A stretch of DNA of 13,241 nucleotides from positions 1 to 13,241 of the forward strand of contig JBFMGU010000287.1 in the NCBI GenBank assembly GCA_040752415.1. Direction: 5' to 3'. The notes below the pieces were generated by a model that was not told the DNA's origin, made no database searches, and saw only the letters and a program-made list of their open reading frames with translations. A program made the translations under genes and the position numbers. How positions within the stretch are numbered: position 1 is the first letter of the stretch; each line of letters starts with the position of its first letter. Shown here in pieces: positions 1-7,500 of this stretch. The stretch comes from Myxococcota bacterium (GTDB lineage Bacteria > Myxococcota > JACRCW01).

Positions 1-1
1 C

Positions 2-127
2 CCCATGCACTTCGGGACCTTCGGCCTCCTCAAGGGCACGCCCGACGAGCTGCGCGCCGCGCTCAAGACCGAGAACCTCACCACGAAGGTGGTGGAGATG
101 AAGCCGGGCGAGACCACCTCGTTCTGA
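2..127 (+). CDS. 3' end of a metal-dependent hydrolase (metallo-beta-lactamase fold, UPF0173-like); partial, starts upstream of window
   Basis: Frame 2 reads PMHFGTFGLLKGTPDELRAALKTENLTTKVVEMKPGETTSF-stop (TGA 125-127). PMH(Y/F)GTF and the terminal KPGE are typical of the C-terminus of UPF0173/UlaG-like MBL-fold hydrolases. Confidence 0.8.
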   Translation, partial: PMHFGTFGLLKGTPDELRAALKTENLTTKVVEMKPGETTSF

Positions 128-151
128 CGCGGGCGGGGCCGCCCCTCGTCA
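125..151. terminator. GC-rich hairpin between convergent stop codons; possible bidirectional terminator
   Basis: TGACG-c-GGGCGG-gg-CCGCCC-ct-CGTCA; the two convergent stop codons (125-127 +, 149-151 -) form the stem base. No U-tract. Confidence 0.4.
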
Positions 152-874
152 CAGGCGCAGGCCGAGCGAGAGGTTGTACTGGGCCTGGAAGACGCGCGTG
201 GTGAACGGCGGCGGCCCCACTTCCACGTCGGTGAGGACGTCCATGCGGAAGAAGATGGGGCGCAGGCCCACGCTGAACCCGGCGCCCAGGTAACCGCCGA
301 CGGTGGGATGGGGACGGAGCGTGGGGAGCTGGGCGGGGAGCGTGTAGAGCAGGGTCCGCATGGACGTGCTCAGCCCACCCATCAGGAACGGCTCGACGAA
401 GAAGTCCATCCGACCGAGCTCCAGCCCGGCAATTCCTCCCAGCGCCAGCTGGTTGCTCTGCCTGACCGACTGCATGCTGAACGGTGCCGCCAGCGGTGCG
501 AGCGGTCCCGGCGGGCCCCCGATGTTCGCCGCCATCGTCGAGCGGGCCGCGGCCTCGCCACCCAGCCGCAGCTTCCACACCCGGTAGCGGCCGCCCAGGC
601 GCACGCCAACGTAGCGGTCGGGCGTGAAGAGCTGCTTGTTGGCCGGGACGGGAATCCCCAGCACGCCGCCCAGCAGATCCACGTCGACGTCAAAGGGACG
701 GCGCTCCTCCGACGGGGAAGTCAGCACCTCGGGAGCCGGTTCCGCTGACGACGAGGAACGCTGCTGCGTCACCTTGGCGGCGCGGGGCGACGAAGTCTCC
801 GCCCCGACGGAGGAAGCGGCCAGGAGCGCGGCCCCCGCCGCCAGCAAGCCCAGAACGCGCGTCACAACGTGCAT
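149..874 (-). CDS. Signal-peptide protein, probable small outer-membrane beta-barrel (241 aa)
   Basis: Start reassigned to ATG 874 (GAGGT upstream): MHVVTRVLGLLAAGAALLAASSVGA signal peptide, low-complexity linker, alternating amphipathic strands (VGVRLGGRYRV, LALGGIAGLEL, GGYLGAGFSVGL), beta-signal-like C-terminus YNLSLGLRL. Overlaps the upstream gene by 13 nt. Confidence 0.7.
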   Translation of the reverse strand: MHVVTRVLGLLAAGAALLAASSVGAETSSPRAAKVTQQRSSSSAEPAPEVLTSPSEERRPFDVDVDLLGGVLGIPVPANKQLFTPDRYVGVRLGGRYRVWKLRLGGEAAARSTMAANIGGPPGPLAPLAAPFSMQSVRQSNQLALGGIAGLELGRMDFFVEPFLMGGLSTSMRTLLYTLPAQLPTLRPHPTVGGYLGAGFSVGLRPIFFRMDVLTDVEVGPPPFTTRVFQAQYNLSLGLRL

Positions 875-2346
875 GGGAAGGTGACCTCGGTCTTCAGGTT
901 CTTGCCGGTGAACCCGGCGCATTGCGCGTCTGCGGGGAAGCCCGCGCGGTCCACCGGCGTGATGGGCATGTCGCCAAACCGGTCGCACAGGGCCTGGCAC
1001 GCCGCGCTCTTCACGTTGGAATGCGGCGTGATGCCGCCCTGGGGCTGTCCCAGTTGCTGCAGGTAGCGTCGGACCAGCTGGCGCGGCTCAAACCGGAAGT
1101 TCACCACGAAGTCCTCGCCCTGCTCCCGCAGCGCACGCAACAGCGCCCGGCCATGGAACTCCCGCGCCGCCGCCACCCGCGCCTCCTCCTCGTTGCTTCC
1201 CAGCTCCGCGCCGCTGCGGGGATCCACGATCCCGGCGCGGAATCCCCGGCTCCACAACGTGCCGAGCCGGTAGTGGTTCCACCCCTGCTCCTTGGCCAGC
1301 AGGGGAACCGGCTCGTAGAGGTGCAGCCCTTCCTCGCCGCTGGGCGCGGCCGCCATATCACGCTGCTCCAGCTCGGAGGCGGGGAAGGAGAACGGCAAGA
1401 GGAAGTCCGGCGTGCCGATGTAGAGATACGCGAAGATGTCCGCGGTCCCCTCGTTCATGCCGGAGAGGAGCTTGGCGCTGATCGCGCAGTCGTCGACGTC
1501 GTCCTCGGTCTGGTCCTCGCATTGCTTGGCCTGGTCCTCCACGGAACCGTAGGTGTCCACCACCAGTCGACGGAAGGCCGCGTCGGAGAAATAGACATTC
1601 TGGGCAAAGAGGCGGTGCCCGAACTCATGCGCGATGATTCCCGGGTTGATGCCGAATTCCACGCCCGGAGGCGTTGCGGTGGAGAAGGTGTTGCGCAGGA
1701 GCACGAACATGTCCGCCTGGCCCGCATAGGCCGCATTATCGGCAATGAGGATTGGCAGCGAAGGCCCACCGCCCCACGGCGCGCGGCATCCCACCGCCGC
1801 CTCGGTGTCAAACACCGCCACCACCAGCGTGGTTGTGGCGCGCGAGTCATCTCCCAGCGTGCTGCGGAAGAAGTGACGGACCCGGTCAAAGTGGGTGTAG
1901 GTGGAGAGCAGGAACATGCTGTCGTGGTCCGAGGCCACTGCCACGCCCAGCGGGTTGACGTTGTACTGGATCTCCACCGGCCCCGGCTCGCTCAGGATGT
2001 TGGCGGCGTAGAACTCCTCGCGCGTCATGTTGGTGGCGCCCGCGCCGCCGCAGAGGTTGGAGCCAAAGGAGCCGCCCCCGCGGATCTCCACGTGGATGCC
2101 CTTCAGGTTGGTGATGTTGGGGCTGTAGGGCAGCTCCACGGTGGGCTCGGGTTCTCCCACCGGGTCCTGGCCGAAGGGGACCTCATTGCGGAAGGTCTTC
2201 ACCGTGGCAACCTGGAACGCGAAGGTCTGCTGCGCCCCGTCGTAGTCGACGATCTCGACCTGCGTGTCATTGGAGAAGGCGCAGCCACCCAGGGTCCCCA
2301 CCACGGCAAGTGCGGTGGCACGACGACGGAAACACGAGCGGTTCAT
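862..2346 (-). CDS. Lipoprotein zinc metallopeptidase, gluzincin (M4/M36-like), 494 aa
   Basis: Start ATG 2346 with GGAG 6 nt upstream (alternative 2358); signal MNRSCFRRRATALAVVGTLGG-C lipobox; HEFGH (1615-1629); third-ligand motif GMNEGTADIF (NEGTAD 1438-1455); upstream DNAAY (cf. thermolysin NNAFW); downstream HYRLGTLWS. Confidence 0.8.
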   Translation of the reverse strand: MNRSCFRRRATALAVVGTLGGCAFSNDTQVEIVDYDGAQQTFAFQVATVKTFRNEVPFGQDPVGEPEPTVELPYSPNITNLKGIHVEIRGGGSFGSNLCGGAGATNMTREEFYAANILSEPGPVEIQYNVNPLGVAVASDHDSMFLLSTYTHFDRVRHFFRSTLGDDSRATTTLVVAVFDTEAAVGCRAPWGGGPSLPILIADNAAYAGQADMFVLLRNTFSTATPPGVEFGINPGIIAHEFGHRLFAQNVYFSDAAFRRLVVDTYGSVEDQAKQCEDQTEDDVDDCAISAKLLSGMNEGTADIFAYLYIGTPDFLLPFSFPASELEQRDMAAAPSGEEGLHLYEPVPLLAKEQGWNHYRLGTLWSRGFRAGIVDPRSGAELGSNEEEARVAAAREFHGRALLRALREQGEDFVVNFRFEPRQLVRRYLQQLGQPQGGITPHSNVKSAACQALCDRFGDMPITPVDRAGFPADAQCAGFTGKNLKTEVTFPCTL

Positions 2347-2360
2347 GGCGGGCTCCATGT

Positions 2361-3041
2361 TCAGTGGGCCTGGGCGGACGGCGACGGTGAGGTTGCGGAC
2401 GCCGGTTTTCCCGCGCCGGCGGATGGAGGTGACGGTGCACCGGCCGGGGCGGGCGCGGCGGCGTCGGGGAGGCGTTCCAGCTCCACCGTGACCTCGTTCC
2501 GGGGGACGGGGAGCACCGCCGGCACCAGCAGTCCCAGCAGCGGCCAGGAGCCCAGGAGCGAGCAGCCCCCCATGGCGCAGAGCATGGACCAGGGTGCGGC
2601 CATGTCGGTGAGCGCCTGGAGCGTGAACACGCCAATGAGGAGCACCAGCGGCGCCAGCACGCTGAGGCCGCCGTTGCCCACGCAGAAGCCGGCCTGCGTG
2701 CGCAGGTCGCCACGTCCGGTGAAGGTCGCGGCCAGGCAGCATGCATTGGAAGCGGAAATCATGGCGCAACCCAGGCTGCCCAGCAGCGCCGCCACCTTGA
2801 GCCCCGGGTGCATCTGGTCGCGCGGCAACACCACCTTCCGGGAGCGGTAGCCGTCCCTGCTCACGGTGATTTCCTGGTCCGCGAACCCCGGCCCGACCTG
2901 GAGCTCCCGTTGGTCGGAGATGTCCTCGCCATCCGCGTGCACCCGCGCGTCGGGCGGCGTGGTGGCCACCTTCACGGTGGTGCACCCCAACCCGGCGCTC
3001 GCCACGGCGCACACCACGACGAGAAAGACGCGCAACTTCAT
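2361..3041 (-). CDS. PEGA-domain lipoprotein with C-terminal hydrophobic segments (226 aa)
   Basis: Start ATG 3041 with AAGGA upstream; MKLRVFLVVVCAVASAGLG-C lipobox-like; VKVATTPPDARVHADG...ITVSRDGY is a PEGA pattern; then about 3 hydrophobic stretches and a Pro/Ala/Ser tail. Confidence 0.7.
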   Translation of the reverse strand: MKLRVFLVVVCAVASAGLGCTTVKVATTPPDARVHADGEDISDQRELQVGPGFADQEITVSRDGYRSRKVVLPRDQMHPGLKVAALLGSLGCAMISASNACCLAATFTGRGDLRTQAGFCVGNGGLSVLAPLVLLIGVFTLQALTDMAAPWSMLCAMGGCSLLGSWPLLGLLVPAVLPVPRNEVTVELERLPDAAAPAPAGAPSPPSAGAGKPASATSPSPSAQAH

Positions 3042-3074
3042 GACCGGCCCATTCCTTTCCACTCCGCCAGGCCG

Positions 3075-3089
3075 CGGCACGCTACCACA
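3075..3089 (-). promoter_or_regulatory. Candidate extended -10 promoter (TGnTAGCGT) for the PEGA-protease-barrel cluster
   Basis: Minus strand TGTGG-TAGCGT-GCCG about 40 nt upstream of ATG 3041; the same TAGCGTGCCG 10-mer lies in front of the methyltransferase gene. Confidence 0.35.
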
Positions 3090-3152
3090 GGGTTGGTCCA
3101 CGCCCCGCGCCAGCAACACCGGACCTTGCCTGCAGGAACGCCGTCCCGTGCA

Positions 3153-3503
3153 TCACGAGAGGGGCGGGAGCTCGGGAAGCGCAAACGTCCCATCCAACCG
3201 CGGCGCGAAGGGGAGCACCGCCACCACCGCCGACGTGGGCAACGCGCCGTAGATGTGTGGGAAAGGTTCGCTCCCGCCCTCCAGGTTCTCATGGACCACG
3301 CGCGCGGGGACCTTTCTCTCGTCAATGGCCAGGAGGACCAGGTCCTTCCGCGCTCGGAAGCGAGCGTTGGCCACGCGCACCACCTGCGCCGGCGTGGAGC
3401 AATGGATGAAACCCTCCGTGTGGAGCGTGTCCCCCTCGTAGCGGCCAAGGGCGCGGGCGACCTCCCAGGCGTCCTTCCCGGTGATGTGCAGGATGAGGCT
3501 CAT
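3153..3503 (-). CDS. DUF952 family protein (116 aa)
   Basis: Start ATG 3503 (AAAGG upstream); ILHI...W...G.Y...TL..EGFIHCST..QV...ANARF...LVLLAID...V..E....E.FPHIYGALP is the DUF952 signature. Confidence 0.9.
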   Translation of the reverse strand: MSLILHITGKDAWEVARALGRYEGDTLHTEGFIHCSTPAQVVRVANARFRARKDLVLLAIDERKVPARVVHENLEGGSEPFPHIYGALPTSAVVAVLPFAPRLDGTFALPELPPLS

Positions 3504-3540
3504 GTTCGCCTTTGAGCGCGAACCCCGGCCCGCGCACAAG

Positions 3541-3831
3541 GGGCTGCGTCAAGACAAGTTGCCCACCTGGTCCTGACCGCCTCCCGCGGACCACGACCTG
3601 GAGTGCGGCGGGCCCTCGCCGCCCTGGTCAGCGTCGAGCGGTTTGGACAACCGTCAAGGGTCCAAGCGCCACGAGGCAGGGCCTCACCCGACGTCATTGA
3701 GCCCCGGGGCTGTTCGGCCCGTTGTGAACGCGCTCGGCGCCGACCAGGGCGGCGAGGGCCCGCCGCACTCCAGGTATTGGTCCGCTCACGACGTCTGCAA
3801 CCCCACTGGGCATCTTGTTCTGACGCAGCCC
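3541..3831. mobile_element. MITE-like non-autonomous element, 291 bp, 25-bp imperfect TIRs, 4-bp CAAG flanking duplication
   Basis: Left end GGGCTGCGTCAAGACAAGTTGCCCA (3541-3565) matches the reverse complement of 3807-3831, GGGCTGCGTCAGAACAAGATGCCCA, at 22/25. CAAG lies at 3537-3540 and 3832-3835. No credible ORF inside. Confidence 0.7.
3596..3775. repeat. Inverted REP-like doublet (REPIN/BIME-like) nested in the MITE
   Basis: Perfect 34-bp inverted repeat ACCTGGAGTGCGGCGGGCCCTCGCCGCCCTGGTC (3596-3629 / 3742-3775). Each unit is GGAG plus a palindrome GCGGCG-n6-CGCCGC. Imperfect pairing extends outward (GCGGACCA) and inward to ACAAC/GTTGT (3650/3721). Confidence 0.8.
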
Positions 3832-4083
3832 CAAGCCCCGCCCCCCGGGCAAAGCAAAGCAACTGGCGCGAGCGGCATTTCGCGGCAGGGACGTTGGCCG
3901 CGGCCACGCGCGGTTCGGGCAGCGGGCAACCCGCCACTTTCCCTCGGCCGAACGGAGCGCTTAGGACGCGTAGGAACAGGGCCGAAGTGGGTCGGATTCA
4001 CGCATTCCCTTCGTCCCCGACGGGGCATGAAGGCGCAGATTGTTGATCCGCGGATCCCACGCAGAAAGCAACTCTTTCTGGAT

Positions 4084-4274
4084 TGGCACGAAAAGCGCAC
4101 GCCCCTCCGTCAGCAATGCGTTTCTCCTCGTGACTCGTTGTGGAAGGCACGAAAACTTTCCACGCAACGAAAAAATGTTTGCGTTGGTGCGCATCGCCTG
4201 CGCGATTTCCGGCTCGAAGAAAACGCGAAACTTCCCGTGAAAGGTTTGCGTTCTCCGACGACATTTCGCGTTTT
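4084..4274 (+). promoter_or_regulatory. AT-richer upstream regulatory region with repeated and palindromic sites
   Basis: GGCACGAAAA at 4085 and 4146, GGCTCGAAGA at 4211; TGCGTT at 4117, 4180 and 4247; ACGCAA-n11-TTGCGT (4162-4184); perfect 11-bp IR AAAACGCGAAA/TTTCGCGTTTT (4220-4230/4264-4274). TGGCACGAAAAGCGCA (4084-4099) also fits sigma54 GG-N10-GC. Confidence 0.55.
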
Positions 4275-4295
4275 GGAGCGTCCAAGCGGGGACTT

Positions 4296-4311
4296 GGGCA
4301 CGCGGCTTGAA
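4296..4311 (+). promoter_or_regulatory. Candidate sigma54 (-24/-12) promoter for the multiheme cytochrome
   Basis: GGGCACG-CGGC-TTGAA vs consensus TGGCACG-N4-TTGCW: correct spacing, GA instead of GC at -12; just downstream of the repeated sites and ~200 nt before ATG 4507. Confidence 0.4.
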
Positions 4312-4506
4312 CCTTCCCCAACCTGTGCATGTCGACCCTGCAGGTAGGAGCAACCGGACCCGGTTGTGTCCTGACGCCGCAAGGAACAGGTCCGCTGCGT
4401 GGCGGAGCCTGGATTCTCGCCGTGCCCAATCCCCCCCGGGAGCCGCTCACCCCGCCGCACGCGGCGTGGCCAAGCACCGCCCCATCCGCGACCAGGAGAC
4501 ACCGCA

Positions 4507-7500
4507 ATGAAACATCCTCCCTTCCCACGTGTCACATGGCTGCTCATGGCTGCGCTGGCTGCGCCGGTTGCTTCCGTGGGCTGCACCCAGCCATCCGGTG
4601 AGGAATGTCCGGACGGCAGCGCCCCCGACGAGGACGGCAACTGCCCGGACACCGGCGGCAACAACAACGGCTCCACCAGCAGCGGTGGTGGTGGCTCCTC
4701 CACCAGTGACGTCTCCAGCAACGGTGGGAGCACCAGCACCGGCGGCAGCACCAGCAATGGCGGCAGCACCAGTGGGAGCACCAGCACCGGTGGCAGCACC
4801 AGTGGGAGCACCAGCAGCACCAGCAGTGGGGGCGGAGACCTCCAGTGTCGGCCCGGCTGCGTGCCCAACTTCGACAACACCGAGTGCATCGACTCGTTGA
4901 CCGGCGGGGAGTGCGTGGACAACGGCACCTCCACCAGCAGCAGCGGCGGGATTGACACGCCCTACTGCCGCAACGGCGAAACCGCGCTGTACAACGGCCA
5001 GGAGATCGACTGTCGTTCCGAGGCCACCTGGGGCGCCTGCAACGGGCCCACGCGCAGCGGCGGCAATGACCAGCACCGCGCGGCGTGCCAGCTCTTCTGC
5101 AACGTGGATGAGATTGCCTCGGGCCTGCCCCCGTGCGACCCGGCCCCCTCCGAGAACAGCAACTGCATGCAGTGCCACAACGGCGCCGGTCCCAATGACC
5201 CGCGCTACAGCGGCGGCGGTCTGGAGGATCCGCACCCCTGGCGCTCCGCGGGCGGCCAGGCCCTGAGCTGCGTGAGCTGCCACGGCGGCGACGCCGAGAG
5301 CGGCATGTACAAGGACCGCGCGCACGTCTGTCCCCCGCCGGACATCGAGCAGATCCGCGACAACGGTGAGCCGCGCTGGGAAGGGGTGATCCTGGACCAG
5401 TACGGTCCGCGCGCGTGGAGCCGCTACCTGCACAAGAGCGGCCTGGACAAGAGCCAGACGGACGGCATCCTGGGCATCCCGGACTCCTGGACCTGCCTGG
5501 GCCGCGACGGCTCACCCACCCGAACCGTCACGAAGACGGACTATCTGCAGTTCCTGGCCCCCGGTGACCTGCGCGTGGTGGAGACCGGCAAGAGCTGCGG
5601 CGCCTGCCACGTCAACCAGTCCAAGGCCATGCCGCGCAGCGTGATCGGCACCAGCATCGGTCTCATCTCCGGCTCGCGCTTCGTGTTCGGCATTCCCGTG
5701 GCCGTCGTGGGCCGCAACCCGTGGGCGGTGGACTACGGTGTGCGCGACATCACCGCGCTGCAGAACCCGCAGGGCCCCTCCACCATGGACTTCATCGAGG
5801 CGGGCCAGGTGACCAGCCTGATGGAGCCGCGCTTCGTGCAGGACTTCGAGAGCAACGTCAATGTCCAGACCGTCACCGTGGCGCAGATGGCCCAGGGCGT
5901 GGAGTCCAACGCCAACCTGGACCAGCAGGCCTGGATCACCTACGGCTACAACCGCATCCGCGACCCCAACAGCGACCTGGCCAAGGCCATTGGCGTCACC
6001 TTCTACAAGCAGTGCGGTGACTGCCACGCCGGCGACAGCGGCCAGAACAACACCACCGCCGACTACCGCGGCAGCGGGTGCGCGGCGTGCCACATGGAGT
6101 ACGGATTCGAGGGTCGCTACCGCGGCCTGGATCCCAACCTGAACCGCGGTGAGCCCATCAACCCGGACTTCATCTACCCCGGCGAGCGTCCCCACGTGCG
6201 GGAGCACGTCATCCGCGGCAAGTACCGTCGCGTGGCGCGCCAGGGCCAGGCCGACCAGATCATCTACGGCATCAACTCGGTGCGCGCGTGCATTGGCTGT
6301 CACCAGGGCTCCAACCGCACCGTGCTGCAGTACGTGGGCATCCGCCTGGACCAGAACCAGGACGTGGTGAACAACCGCCAGTTCCCCGGCAATCCCATCG
6401 TCGCCCGCTTTGCCAATGAGTTCCAGGGCCGCGACGGCGTGGAACTGTACAACATCCCGTACGGTCAGAACGTCAATGACCGCACCACGCTGGTCAACAA
6501 CCGCGCCGCCACCCAGTACGTTCTCTATGAGGACTATGGCTGGCGAAACATCTTCTATGACATCAACCTGGGTGGCACCCCCAACGCCAATGACTTTGGC
6601 AACCGCGCCGCCACCAACCGTGACGACACGCCGGCGGACATCCACTACGAGCGCGGCCTGGAGTGCTACGACTGCCACACCTCCGGGGAGCTCCACGGCT
6701 CGGGCCGCATCTACGCCCGTGCGGACCACGCGCTGGCGGTGATGTGTGAGAGCTGCCACGGCAACGCCGACTCCTATGCCGCGCTAAGCCAGAACGGCTT
6801 TGCGGTGGACCGCTTCGGCACCGAGCTGAAGCACGTCTACAAGGACCAGACCGGCCGCTACTACCTGATTGGCAAGCGTGACGGCGTGCCGCACTTCATC
6901 CCGCAGGTGAAGGACCTGGTGAACAGCAACAGCCAGGTGACCAACCCGCGCAACAACCAGCCGCTGTATTCGGCCAACGCGGACTTCGCCATGGGGCGCA
7001 TGGACTTTGACCCCACCAACGGCGACGGACCGCTGCAGAACGTGGCCCAGCTGGACCAGGCCCTGCGCGCGCGCAACTTCAGCCACCTGGGCTCACCCAC
7101 CAACAAGGGCGGCGTGGCCTGCCAGACCTGCCACACCTCCTGGCAGAACCAGTGCGTGGGTTGTCACCTGGACCTGCAGGCCCGTCCCAACGTCGACGCG
7201 TACACGCAGATCTCCGCGCACTACGCCAACAACAACACCGGCGGCGTGCCCAACGTGGGCTTCCCCTGGGCCAATGACATCAACCAGAACTTCGTCAACA
7301 ACGTGAACGGTGAGTACGTGTTCACCACGCAGAACGCCAACTTCACGTACATTGACATCACCACGTTCTACATCGGTGTGGGCAGCCGCGGGCGCATCGT
7401 TCCCTTCACGCCCATGCACCAGTGGTACAACTACATCGACGCCAACGGTGACCGGCTGCAGGACGTCATGGTGATGCTGGGCGTGCAGCAGGCGGCCACC

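Noticed and set aside
922..2850. 642-aa plus-strand ORF and other ORFs overlapping the minus-strand cluster
   Set aside because: Antisense shadows of the protease and PEGA genes; no motifs, and the Arg/Ala/His-rich composition typical of GC-rich off-frames.
2347..3012. N-terminal extension of the 716-aa ORF (likewise extensions of the ORFs starting at 1000, 3119, 3539, 4399, 8449 and 12143)
   Set aside because: They overlap real genes or intergenic DNA; internal ATGs have SD sequences and give proper signal peptides or domain starts.
3596..3775. CRISPR array interpretation of the 34-bp palindromic repeat
   Set aside because: Only two copies, in inverted orientation, no regular spacers and no cas genes.
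3847..3893. c-di-GMP / cGAMP (GEMM-I) riboswitch upstream of the cytochrome
   Set aside because: GGGCAAA and GGGACG are present, but the GNRA-capped P2 stem and the GCAAA after GGGAC are missing, and the site is over 600 nt from the ATG.
3500..4353. Several 60-234 aa ORFs in the DUF952-cytochrome intergenic region
   Set aside because: They run through inverted repeats and AT-richer regulatory DNA; the shared peptide WSAAGPRRPG on both strands simply reflects the inverted repeat.
5086..5103. CQLFCN as a twelfth, non-canonical heme site
   Set aside because: CX3C is followed by Asn rather than His or Lys; more simply part of the disulfide-rich stalk.
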